Positions 41,693 through 51,477 of a DNA stretch of 64,000 bases are shown one piece after another. The stretch's first letter is position 1, and each line of letters starts with the position of its first letter. The notes beneath the pieces were generated by a model that worked only from the letters and a program-made list of their open reading frames with translations, was not told the origin of the DNA and ran no database searches. The DNA is from a virus (taxonomy: Duplodnaviria; Caudoviricetes): the IMG/VR virus record IMGVR_UViG_3300029305_003084; one strand, written 5' to 3'. The position numbers and the translations under genes were made by a program.

Positions 41693-41980
41693 ATGCTAAA
41701 TCTAACTTACTACATCCCCGAAATTTGGGACATTGGTACTGAAAATGGTGTAGATATTGGTGTTGCTCGTGACATGTTTATCTGCAACCTAAACTTTGGT
41801 AAGGAAATCTATGGTGGTGCAAATCTAGACTATGCTAAGCTAGGTGCAGAGTGGCGTGCAATGCCCTATATGGAGCAGCATCGTGAGAGAGTTGAGTATA
41901 ACGCATTTACTCAGAAGAAGAATTACAACACCATGGTTAAGCTATATGCTGCCGGCAATCGTGCTGCAATGCGTAAGTAA
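41693..41980 (+). CDS. Small highly expressed late protein
   Basis: Late promoter 41622, AGGAGG RBS, biased codons. Confidence 0.75.
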   Translation: MLNLTYYIPEIWDIGTENGVDIGVARDMFICNLNFGKEIYGGANLDYAKLGAEWRAMPYMEQHRERVEYNAFTQKKNYNTMVKLYAAGNRAAMRK

Positions 41981-42054
41981 TTTTTTTTAATATTCATGAG
42001 GAATCTATGTATATCATAGATTCCTCTTTTATTTTTATTTAAAGGAATGATAAT

Positions 42055-42204
42055 ATGTTAAAAACTGCTAGTAAATTTCTACAACCTATTAGTGATCGAA
42101 ACACTAGAATTGCAACATACACACAAAAAGAAAAAATTGAGTATATTAAAGAAAAATATAATTTAACACATGGTAAAGGAAAGAGAAAACGTAAATATAA
42201 ATGA
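42055..42204 (+). CDS. Small basic protein (49 aa)
   Basis: Manual translation MLKTASKFLQ...HGKGKRKRKYK; RBS AAAGGA. Confidence 0.55.
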   Translation: MLKTASKFLQPISDRNTRIATYTQKEKIEYIKEKYNLTHGKGKRKRKYK

Positions 42205-42234
42205 AAAAACAATTCATTAATAGTTTATAAAGAA

Positions 42235-42651
42235 ATGAGGTATATTTATATGGATTTTAATATCTTTGAGTATATTGAAGAATCTGTAGAATTCTTTGAT
42301 GATTTTGAGTTAGCTGATGAATCTGCATTTATGGAGTGGATGGAACTACCATCTAATAAAAAAGTAAAGACAGCAAAAAGATTATTATCAGAAGCTAAAC
42401 GTGAATCCAATAAAAAGAAAGCGGAGCAGGCAATTAAACTATTAAAAGAAGTTAGAAAAGAGGCAGAATTAATTGACGACGATGGTGTGCTTGCAACATT
42501 AGTTCGTTTATTTATTGAACCTTGGCCTATGCTTGTCGGTGAATGGATAAGTGCAGGTAAACTTACTTTCCGTGAACTAAGTAGATCTCAGGCATTAAAA
42601 TATATCGATAATACCATTAAAAGTGCAGAAAGATTTAAAAATAAATTATAA
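42235..42651 (+). CDS. Hypothetical, possible virion head protein with acidic propeptide
   Basis: Late promoter 42208; N-terminal EYIEES/ADES/FMEW acidic stretch. Confidence 0.65.
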   Translation: MRYIYMDFNIFEYIEESVEFFDDFELADESAFMEWMELPSNKKVKTAKRLLSEAKRESNKKKAEQAIKLLKEVRKEAELIDDDGVLATLVRLFIEPWPMLVGEWISAGKLTFRELSRSQALKYIDNTIKSAERFKNKL

Positions 42652-42685
42652 TTAAATTATTTTTAATTTATATAACATATTATTA

Positions 42686-42783
42686 ATCGACGATATGGTT
42701 TCGGTCATAACATGTTCATAAGAAATGCTCCTTTATTTTCCCTATTAGTAATATATCTTATATTACTAATAGGGAATAATTTT
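42686..42783 (+). ncRNA. Candidate trans-acting antisense sRNA 1
   Basis: AACA-N6-TA at 42674, terminator 42738-42783, 42712-42736 complementary (23/25) to 34172-34196. Confidence 0.55.
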
Positions 42784-42798
42784 ATAAACATTATAGTA

Positions 42799-42915
42799 AG
42801 TGGTGTTGGAACAATTTGTAGTGTGAATGGTACTGACGTACAAACATAATGTGTGGTCTATCTCCTTTTAATATGTTGGTATTGGTGAATTATTTTCACC
42901 AATACCAATAATTAT
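42799..42915 (+). ncRNA. Candidate sRNA 2 with anti-SD
   Basis: AACA-N6-TA at 42787, ACAT...TCTCCTTTT, hairpin 42876-42909, no + strand ORF with RBS. Confidence 0.4.
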
Positions 42916-42966
42916 TGCATTTTTATTATTCATATAACATTTAATTAAAAATACGATATAGAAAGG

Positions 42967-43260
42967 GTGATAATAATTATGACCGGAGATGAATTTAAAG
43001 CTATTGTAAATAAGTATGGTGAAGAGAATATCATTGGTATCGGTTATGATAACTCTGCAGGTCATACATTCCCTTATGTTGGAATGTTCACATTAGCCAA
43101 TAACTATATTGAAGATATTCAGTGTCTAAAATTCATTGAATATGATATGTATGGTAATCCTTTTCATACTATCAAACATGTAGAAAATATCCAGTCCATT
43201 ATTGTTAAAGATGATAACGTTGATCGACTGAAATATGATTATGATCATATTCGCGGTTAA
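42967..43260 (+). CDS. Hypothetical late protein (start probably MTGDE)
   Basis: Late promoter 42936, RBS GAAAGGGTG. Confidence 0.7.
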   Translation: MIIIMTGDEFKAIVNKYGEENIIGIGYDNSAGHTFPYVGMFTLANNYIEDIQCLKFIEYDMYGNPFHTIKHVENIQSIIVKDDNVDRLKYDYDHIRG

Positions 43261-43350
43261 TTAAAAAAATCAAAAGATATTTCAATTATATATTATAGTA
43301 GTATCAACAGAGAAGTAAACAACTTTAATGTTGATATATTAAATTTAATT

Positions 43351-43851
43351 TTGGAGGTATTAATAATAATGGGTAAGAAGAAGAACAATGATTTTACTCC
43401 TATGAGCGATCTGATGGAGGAAAAGAAGAAGCTTGAGAAGAAGATGGGTAAGATTTCTATTCCTTGTTCTCATACCAATGATAATGGTAAAGTCAAGTTT
43501 GATTTTCTTGGCAAGGGCAATCTAGTTCGTTGTAAGAAGTGTGGTTGTACTTTCGATTTTGGTACAATCGATCCTGATGATCTGCATAAGGCAGTTCTAA
43601 CTGTTCATAATGCAATTAACCAGGTCAAGTCCATGACTGATGATCCTAATAGAGAAGCTGGTGTAATTAATACGCTAGGTAATCTGGATTATAACATGAA
43701 GGAAATGGAAGAACTTTATCGTAAGACTGTCTTTAATTATCACAAGGGTGGTAAGAAGAAGAAGAACCGTAAGAACAATGATTTTGGTCAGTATGGTTAT
43801 AACAATATCGATTTCATTGGTAATAAGCCTAAGAAGAATAAGTATTATTAA
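43351..43851 (+). CDS. Hypothetical Zn-finger-like basic protein
   Basis: CSH...CKKC, early promoter at about 43283, GGAGG RBS. Confidence 0.75.
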   Translation: MEVLIIMGKKKNNDFTPMSDLMEEKKKLEKKMGKISIPCSHTNDNGKVKFDFLGKGNLVRCKKCGCTFDFGTIDPDDLHKAVLTVHNAINQVKSMTDDPNREAGVINTLGNLDYNMKEMEELYRKTVFNYHKGGKKKKNRKNNDFGQYGYNNIDFIGNKPKKNKYY

Positions 43852-44043
43852 TCGATAATAAAGTTTTAATTTTCTTCGAAGAACATTAAATGTAAATATA
43901 GAGAAGTATACTTTCGAGTATACTTCTCTATATATTTTTTTAAAATCATTTTAAAAATTTAGTAGAGTTACTACTCTAGTAAATATTTATTATACCCTTA
44001 ACAATATATTAGAGTTTAATAAATGTATTGGAGGCGAATCTGA

Positions 44044-46422
44044 TTGAGCGAGATTAATAAATATATCGATGATAAAATTGAACACATCGAATCAGATTTA
44101 GATAAAATTGCAACTAAGAGTGGCATGTATATTGGTGCTCTTGGAAATCAGGGTGCTTTACACTTATGTAAAGAATTAATTAATAATGGTATTGATGAAT
44201 GTATTAATACACAGAGTCCTGCAAATACTATTGAAATATTCTTAGATGAAGGTGAGAACACTATTACTGTTAGTGACAATGGTCGTGGTATTCCAGAAGA
44301 ATCTCTAGAGATTGTATGTACAACATTACAGTCTGGTAGTAAATTTACTAGAACTGGATATGGTGGTACAAGTGCTGGTGAAAACGGCGTTGGTATGACT
44401 GCATGTAATGCACTATCATCTATTTTTGAAATTAACTCTTATCGATATGGTAATAAACATAAAATTCGATTTGAGGAACATACAAAAACAGAGTTTAAAA
44501 CCACAAAAATTAAATCATCTGATAGACATGGTACTACAGTGATTATGAAACCAAACCCAAAATATTTAGGTTCAAATTGTGATATCATTGCAGATGATCT
44601 AATGGAATGGTTAGATAAAATATCTTATTTAATCCCTTCTGATATTATTATTAAGTTAGCTATTAAAAAGAAGGGTAAAGAATCTCTAGTTAATAAGAAA
44701 TATTCTAATAAATATGGTCTTTATGATTTAGTTAAAAAGACTTGTAATAAATCATTACTTGATCCTGTTCATTTTAAACGTGATATGAAAATGAAAGAAC
44801 AAGTTGGTGATGAAGTAATAGATAGATTTATGGGTATTGAAGTTGCTTTGACTTATGATTCAACTGCATCTGAATTTGATGGTATCTCATTCTGTAATTT
44901 CATTCATACTGTAGATAATGGTGTACATCTAGATGCTTGTAAAACGGCAACTTTACAATATTTAACAAAACAGACTAAAGATGCATTAAGTGAAAGAGAA
45001 TCTAAGAAAATTGATATTACTTTCGCAGATGCTTCTCAGGGATTGTATTTAGCAATTTATCTGTGTACTGATTTTCAGCCCAATTTCAATTCACAGGCTA
45101 AAGCAAAATTAACATCTAATGAGTTCTTTAAACCCATCAGAGATCTTACTTATAGAGCTCTTAATGATTATTTTAAAGATAATCAAAAAGATCTTAAAAA
45201 GATTATTGATAAAATTAAAACAAATGCTAAAGCAAGAATTGAATCTACTAAGGTTAGAAATTCTGTTATTCGTGGAGAAACCAATAACTTTGCAGAATTT
45301 CTAATGGAAAATTTCATTCCTGCAAATGATAGAAGTAAAAATGGATATCGAGAACTTATCATTTTAGAAGGACGAAGTGCACGAGGTACTGCAGTTAGTG
45401 GTAGATTTGATAGAAATACACAGGCTATTTTTAGCATTAGAGGTGTTCCTCTAAATTCTTTTAATACTAGTCTCGATAAAGTCTTGCTGAATGATGAGTT
45501 TAAATCGTTAACACAAATTTTAGGATGTAATATTGGTAGTAGATTTGATATTAGTAAATTAAAGTATGACAAAATTATACTGCTTGCTGACGCAGATTCT
45601 GATGGCTATAATATTACTTCTTTATTATGTGCATTCTTTTTAACTCACTTACCTGAAATTATTAAAGATGGTAGATTATATAAATCAGTATCTCCTCTTT
45701 ATAGAATTAAGAGTAAATATAAAGAATTTATTCTTAATAAGAAAGAGTATATTCAGATTTATGAAAAACATATTAGAGAAAATCTGATTATTGAAGATCC
45801 GGATTCTAATAAAGTATATAATAAAGAAGAAATGCAAGAATTACTAATGATAACTAAAGGTTATTTAGATGAATTATTACGATTAAGTAATCATTTAGTT
45901 ATTGACTATACAATTCTAGAATATTTATTAATTCATAGGCATGAAAAGAATTTCTATAAGAATTTCAAAAAGAAATTCCCTGAATTAGAAATTGATGATG
46001 ATAATGTATTAACAGGTATTTATGAAGGTAAATATCAAATTTTGATTATGGATAAATTATTTGAAAAGAGAATTATGTCTTTAGAAAAATTTATCATAAA
46101 TCAAAAAGAAACTACAATGTACTTTAAAGTAAGAGATAGAAATGGTACTGAATATGGTACATTGACACTTGGACAATTCTTAGTTGTTTGTCAAAAATAT
46201 CAACCTATCATTAAGACTCGTTATAAGGGTGTTGGCGAGTTAAATGCGAATGATTTAAGAGATAATACTCTTGATCCTAGAAATCGTATGTTGATTAGAC
46301 TAACAATTGATGATATTGAAAAAGAGTTGGAACAGTTTAATATTTTGCATGGTGATAATGCAGATGCAAGAAAATTACTAATGCAAAATTATAAGATTGA
46401 CAGAGAAGAATTAGATAACTAA
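44044..46422 (+). CDS. gyrB: Type II topoisomerase subunit B (GyrB/ParE-like)
   Basis: ELINNGIDE, DNGRGIP, GENGVG, EGRSA, DADSDG, RYKGVGE. Confidence 0.93.
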   Translation: MSEINKYIDDKIEHIESDLDKIATKSGMYIGALGNQGALHLCKELINNGIDECINTQSPANTIEIFLDEGENTITVSDNGRGIPEESLEIVCTTLQSGSKFTRTGYGGTSAGENGVGMTACNALSSIFEINSYRYGNKHKIRFEEHTKTEFKTTKIKSSDRHGTTVIMKPNPKYLGSNCDIIADDLMEWLDKISYLIPSDIIIKLAIKKKGKESLVNKKYSNKYGLYDLVKKTCNKSLLDPVHFKRDMKMKEQVGDEVIDRFMGIEVALTYDSTASEFDGISFCNFIHTVDNGVHLDACKTATLQYLTKQTKDALSERESKKIDITFADASQGLYLAIYLCTDFQPNFNSQAKAKLTSNEFFKPIRDLTYRALNDYFKDNQKDLKKIIDKIKTNAKARIESTKVRNSVIRGETNNFAEFLMENFIPANDRSKNGYRELIILEGRSARGTAVSGRFDRNTQAIFSIRGVPLNSFNTSLDKVLLNDEFKSLTQILGCNIGSRFDISKLKYDKIILLADADSDGYNITSLLCAFFLTHLPEIIKDGRLYKSVSPLYRIKSKYKEFILNKKEYIQIYEKHIRENLIIEDPDSNKVYNKEEMQELLMITKGYLDELLRLSNHLVIDYTILEYLLIHRHEKNFYKNFKKKFPELEIDDDNVLTGIYEGKYQILIMDKLFEKRIMSLEKFIINQKETTMYFKVRDRNGTEYGTLTLGQFLVVCQKYQPIIKTRYKGVGELNANDLRDNTLDPRNRMLIRLTIDDIEKELEQFNILHGDNADARKLLMQNYKIDREELDN

Positions 46423-46434
46423 AGGAGATTTATT

Positions 46435-46749
46435 ATGGTTAATATTGATCTTAGTGTACGTGCAAAGAATCAGATTACCGCTCAGAAAGATGCCTTGGTG
46501 AATTATTTCACCGAGGCAACTGGGGAAGAAGTATTTGGTTCCGCTTATACTATTTTAGTATATCAAAGAGTATATGATTTATTAATGAATGATGAAGAAT
46601 TTCAGACAGATGAAATTATGAATCAAATTATTAAAGATGATCCTCCCATGGTTGGTTATTTAACTAACTATTGTATTGAAAACAATGTATTGAATCTCGA
46701 TAATATTCGAGACATGTGTTTAACTTGTATTAAAAATATGAATATCTAA
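46435..46749 (+). CDS. Hypothetical protein
   Basis: ORF with AAAGGAG RBS. Confidence 0.7.
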   Translation: MVNIDLSVRAKNQITAQKDALVNYFTEATGEEVFGSAYTILVYQRVYDLLMNDEEFQTDEIMNQIIKDDPPMVGYLTNYCIENNVLNLDNIRDMCLTCIKNMNI

Positions 46750-46812
46750 TTAAATGTAATTATAATTTCAATTATATATTATAATAGTATATTTAAAGGG
46801 AGGGTATTTATA

Positions 46813-47772
46813 ATGGAGAAACCCGAAATTATTAAAGACACTAAATTATTTACAGATAGTGATTTAGATGGTAAAAGTTGTGCAGTTTTAGCTAAACTAT
46901 ACCATGGTAAATATGTTGATATCACATATTCTAATCCTGTTGGAATTAACGACGTTTTAACAGAATTTATTAATAATAAAGAATATGAACTATACAAAAC
47001 AATATATATCACTGATTTAAATATTAAACCTGACATTGCAAGTTTAATTTCTACAGTACATAGTCCAGATCATCAATTCATTTTTATTGACCATCATGAA
47101 ACTAGTATGTTTATGAACGGTTTATATGATTGGGCTACTGTAGCAGTAGAACAATTTGGATATAAGACCTGTGCAACTAGACTATTCTATATGTATCTAG
47201 CATCTAAAGATGGTACTTTTACTAACGATAGTGGACAGGTTGCATATTATGTTGGATTGGTCCGTCTTTGGGACACATGGGATTGGAAAAATGCTGATCC
47301 TGAAATTGCTAAAATGGTAAAAGATTTAAATCTATTATGCAATACTTATAATACAAATAGATTTGTATCTACAACTTATATTAAACTAAAAGATAATCGT
47401 CCTTTATTTTCTCATGCAGAAAATGAAATCATTTCTCTTCTTACAAATAATGCAACTAGGTATTGTTTAAAGAAAATGAAAAGTGTTAAAAAGATTCGAT
47501 ATAATGATTTAGTATTAGGTGTTGTATTTGCAGAGAACAATATCAGTGAATTAGGTAATATGATTTGTACCGAGAATCCTGATATTGATATTGCATTTAT
47601 GATCTGTCCTGATATTAATATTGTATCTATGAGAACAATAAAAGACGATGTTAATCTTGCTGAATTTGCTAAAAAATTCGGTGGTGGAGGTCATGTCAAA
47701 TCTGCAGGATTTCCATACAGTAGGTTTTCAAATAGAAAATTAATTGATTCTATTCTATATGATAAAGATTGA
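46813..47772 (+). CDS. DHH/DHHA1 phosphoesterase
   Basis: DSDLDG, ITDL, FIDHH, D.WDW, SMRT, FGGGGHVKSAG. Confidence 0.9.
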   Translation: MEKPEIIKDTKLFTDSDLDGKSCAVLAKLYHGKYVDITYSNPVGINDVLTEFINNKEYELYKTIYITDLNIKPDIASLISTVHSPDHQFIFIDHHETSMFMNGLYDWATVAVEQFGYKTCATRLFYMYLASKDGTFTNDSGQVAYYVGLVRLWDTWDWKNADPEIAKMVKDLNLLCNTYNTNRFVSTTYIKLKDNRPLFSHAENEIISLLTNNATRYCLKKMKSVKKIRYNDLVLGVVFAENNISELGNMICTENPDIDIAFMICPDINIVSMRTIKDDVNLAEFAKKFGGGGHVKSAGFPYSRFSNRKLIDSILYDKD

Positions 47773-50165
47773 GGAAGGTGTTTATAATGGCAGTTGATAA
47801 AAAGAATGTCGATTATAACAAAGGTATAGAAGAACGAAATATATCAGAAGCATGTACTGAATATATGCAAATATTTGGTTCGAATAATAATTTAATGCGA
47901 CATCTTCCTGGAGTGCTTGATGGATGTAAAATAGGTGAACGTAGAATCCTATACACAATGTGGAAATTAGGATTAAATTACAATAAACCATTCCTTAAAG
48001 TTGCATCTATTGTAGGTAATACATTAAGCTATCATCCACATGGAGAAGCAGCAGTTGCAGATACATTAGTTCGAATGGGACAGCATTGGAATAATACACA
48101 ATGTATGGTTGAAGGTTCAGGTAACTTTGGTAGTATCAGTGGATCTAGTGCAGCATCTGGACGATATATTGAAGCTCGATTAAGTTATTATGCATATAAA
48201 TGTTTCTTTGAAGATTTTTCTGAAGATATCATCGATACTAAAATGAATTATCTTGGAACAGAGATAGAACCAGAATATTTACCTGCAAAATATCCGAATG
48301 CACTAATTAATAATGTCTTTAGTATTGGATATGGTGTTAGTTCTAGTATTTGTACTTATAATTTAAAAGAAGTGCTAGAAGCAACAATTGAGTTAATTCA
48401 AGATCCAGATATTGAAAATATTGTACTATATCCTGATAGTGCAACTGGTGCTCATATTATTGATGAAGGTCAATTTGAATCTATTTCTAAAACAGGTAAA
48501 GGTAGATTCAAAATGAGAGGTGTTATTGATATTGATGATGAAAATAATATTCTTCATATTAGATCAACACCTTTGATGGTATATTGGGAAAAGATTAAAA
48601 AATCAGTATTTGATATTCTTACTGACGGTAAGAATAGTCTAATGAAAGATTTTAAAGATGAATCCGATATTGGGCATATGCATTATAAAGTATTTCTTAA
48701 AAAAGAAGTAGATCCATACAGTGTAGTAAATACCATTTATTCAAAAACTCAAATGGAGAAATCATTTCCCGTTAATTTCAAACTAATTGAAGATTATGAG
48801 GATAATGATTATAATATTAAATCGTTATTACAAGTTTGGATTGATTTTAGACGAGATACAAAAAGACGATATTATAATCATAAATTATTAAAGTCTAGAG
48901 AACGTCAGCATATTCTAAGTATTCTACTATTTATTTTAAATAAAGATAATGCTGAAAACACAATTAAAATTATTAAAAAGTCTGAAAATAATAAAGAAAT
49001 TGTCAGTAAACTAATGAAGACTTATGGTATTAGTTCTTTACAGGCTACAACAATTGCAAATATGAGAATGTCTGCTTTCTCTAAAGAAGCATATCGTAAA
49101 TATCAGACTGAAAAAGAAGAAATTGATAAAGAAGTAGAAAAATTAGAAAAGATTGTACGTTCTTCTAAGAAAATTGATAAAATTATTATTGATGAGTTAA
49201 AAGAAGGTATTAAATTATTTGGTGAAGAAAGACGTAGTAAAATTATCACAATTGACAATGAGGTAAAAATTCGTAATACGAATCATACCATTGTATTTAC
49301 GAATAATGGATATGTAAAGAAATTACCGGAAGACGTTTCTAATATTGGGTATTTAGAACAAGGCGACTATCCAATTGAAGTAATTCATGCAAATAATACT
49401 TCAGAATTATTAATATTCGATGCATCTGGTAAGATTAGTAAATTACCTGTTCATAAACTACAAGGTGTAGCATTAACGAATATTGGTAATAAATTAAGTG
49501 AATTTATTACTACAAGTGGTAAAATCGTTGGTGTTAGATTAAAACCGACAGAAGAGTTTATTGATAATCTAAAGGAACCATTATATTATTTAATGGTTAC
49601 TAAGAATGGTATTATTAAAAAGACCGCAGCATCAGCATATGTGAATATTAAGAATGAACTTCTTGGTATTATTCTAAATGATGGTGATGAACTATTATGT
49701 GTAAAGCCATTACTCGGTGATAAGGATATTATTACATTCAGTGAAAAAGGATTTGGTGTAAGATATCATTCCACTGAAGTAAGAGAAACTAGTCGACTTA
49801 GTAAAGGTGTTATTGCTGGAACATTTTCTGAAAATGATAGAATTGTTGGACTAGATATTCTAAATAAAAATGATAAATATATCATGGTTATTACGAATAA
49901 AGGTAATATGAAGAAGTGTTCATTAGATACATTTAAAACAATGAATCGTATGGATAAACCTCTTCGTATTGTTAGTATTGATAATAATGATTCTATCTTT
50001 AAAATTAGAACGATTCGTGGTAATGAAAAATTCAAAGTATATACAAAAGAAAATATTGTTGAATTTAAAGCAGAAGATGTTATTGAATTACCTAGAATGT
50101 CTAAATGTAAGAAAATGATTCCTGTGAATCGTGGTAACATGTTAGTTGAACTAGTAGAAGATTAA
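47769..50165 (+). CDS. gyrA: Type II topoisomerase subunit A (GyrA/ParC-like; start probably 47787)
   Basis: DGCKIGERRILY, YHPHGE, GNFGS, AASGRYIEARL catalytic Tyr, beta-pinwheel CTD. Confidence 0.93.
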   Translation: MRKVFIMAVDKKNVDYNKGIEERNISEACTEYMQIFGSNNNLMRHLPGVLDGCKIGERRILYTMWKLGLNYNKPFLKVASIVGNTLSYHPHGEAAVADTLVRMGQHWNNTQCMVEGSGNFGSISGSSAASGRYIEARLSYYAYKCFFEDFSEDIIDTKMNYLGTEIEPEYLPAKYPNALINNVFSIGYGVSSSICTYNLKEVLEATIELIQDPDIENIVLYPDSATGAHIIDEGQFESISKTGKGRFKMRGVIDIDDENNILHIRSTPLMVYWEKIKKSVFDILTDGKNSLMKDFKDESDIGHMHYKVFLKKEVDPYSVVNTIYSKTQMEKSFPVNFKLIEDYEDNDYNIKSLLQVWIDFRRDTKRRYYNHKLLKSRERQHILSILLFILNKDNAENTIKIIKKSENNKEIVSKLMKTYGISSLQATTIANMRMSAFSKEAYRKYQTEKEEIDKEVEKLEKIVRSSKKIDKIIIDELKEGIKLFGEERRSKIITIDNEVKIRNTNHTIVFTNNGYVKKLPEDVSNIGYLEQGDYPIEVIHANNTSELLIFDASGKISKLPVHKLQGVALTNIGNKLSEFITTSGKIVGVRLKPTEEFIDNLKEPLYYLMVTKNGIIKKTAASAYVNIKNELLGIILNDGDELLCVKPLLGDKDIITFSEKGFGVRYHSTEVRETSRLSKGVIAGTFSENDRIVGLDILNKNDKYIMVITNKGNMKKCSLDTFKTMNRMDKPLRIVSIDNNDSIFKIRTIRGNEKFKVYTKENIVEFKAEDVIELPRMSKCKKMIPVNRGNMLVELVED

Positions 50166-50167
50166 AA

Positions 50168-50213
50168 ATATAAAAGAAGTATAGTAGAAAATTCTACTAT
50201 ACTTCTTTTTTTA
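50168..50213. terminator. Bidirectional terminator between convergent genes (representative; similar at 6721, 7893, 13618, 16800, 22075, 28557, 32171, 34508, 39436, 43895, 60436)
   Basis: AAAAGAAGTATAGTAGAA-AA-TTCTACTATACTTCTTTTT. Confidence 0.8.
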
Positions 50214-50214
50214 T

Positions 50215-51471
50215 TTACATTTCATGGTTATATACAATTTCAAAGATTTCTCGAATGTCTGCTTTACCTTTAAATACTTTCATCATAATATAGTTATAAA
50301 TAAGAGTAAATAATTTACCTTGTTTTAGATTTTCTTCTCCGTTAAGAATTACATTATCGACATAATCTTCCATTTCGTTTAAATTATCCATCAATTCTTT
50401 TTTTATTTTAGGATCAAGATTAGGGTCTTTTAAATCTCGTTTTAACTTATTGATCTGAGATTGCATTCTGATTGCAGAATCTGGATGAGGATCAATAGGA
50501 ATAATACTAATCATATTTGCAGCTTTAACAAAATCAATACCAATGTTTAAAACAGGAATCTTTTCACCTACATTATTTACAATGAGATGTTTATTTTGTT
50601 GTAACTTATGATGAGCAATTATCGTTTCTTTACCGTATCCATATGCTGTTGCAAAACTATCTGAAAATTTTTCGTCAGAATATCCAAACAATGATCCTGG
50701 TTGTATAGCACGGAATAATCCAATCATACTAAATTGTCGATGAGAATAAATTTTAAATACTCGCTGCAACCCAACAAAATTTGAAATACCTCGAATTATA
50801 CCATTTATCGATTTTGCCAAAGTAACATTACTTTCAATTAATTTTTGAACCATTTTATCTATTTCATTAAATAGTCGTCCAAGTTTTAACCCATCAAAGA
50901 ATAGAATCTGTTGTGCCATAGTAGTAACTGTTGCAGGGATATTTGTTTTTGTACAATATTCATCACCGCGTTTATATAACGTCATCTGTAATGGTATCTT
51001 AGATAATAGTGCAAAAAGAGATGCATTATAACAATGGCCAACTTCATGTAAAATAATGGCCATGAGTTCTCCAGAACTAAGTTCAAGTTCAGTTATTAAT
51101 TTAGTATCAACCCACACATTACATACTAAATCATCATCAATACGTTCTTTACCATTTCGTTTATCTTTAAAATATGATAAATATGATGGTAATGTACATG
51201 CATTTGGTCCTAGATTACCAGATCCAAAAAGTGCCGAAAATGTATAGAATGTAATATGCATTTCGCCCATACCAAAAGCTTTTTCAAATAAACTTTCAAT
51301 TTGAGATAACTCTTTACTGTTATTAATATTAATATCACCAGTACCGTTTTTAATATTATAACATTTCTGAATGATATTATCTAATAGTTTTTCAATTTTA
51401 GTAAACTCAGGCTTCTTACCATAATATGCTTCGGTAAGAATATCTATATTTTTTGGAGAAAAAATAGCCAT
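50215..51471 (-). CDS. Zinc metalloprotease-like (HEXXH) protein, probably virion-associated
   Basis: ELMAIILHEVGH, E.F.D.FA..YGYG, DPHPDSAIR (M48-like). Confidence 0.7.
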   Translation of the reverse strand: MAIFSPKNIDILTEAYYGKKPEFTKIEKLLDNIIQKCYNIKNGTGDININNSKELSQIESLFEKAFGMGEMHITFYTFSALFGSGNLGPNACTLPSYLSYFKDKRNGKERIDDDLVCNVWVDTKLITELELSSGELMAIILHEVGHCYNASLFALLSKIPLQMTLYKRGDEYCTKTNIPATVTTMAQQILFFDGLKLGRLFNEIDKMVQKLIESNVTLAKSINGIIRGISNFVGLQRVFKIYSHRQFSMIGLFRAIQPGSLFGYSDEKFSDSFATAYGYGKETIIAHHKLQQNKHLIVNNVGEKIPVLNIGIDFVKAANMISIIPIDPHPDSAIRMQSQINKLKRDLKDPNLDPKIKKELMDNLNEMEDYVDNVILNGEENLKQGKLFTLIYNYIMMKVFKGKADIREIFEIVYNHEM

Positions 51472-51477
51472 ATTAAA

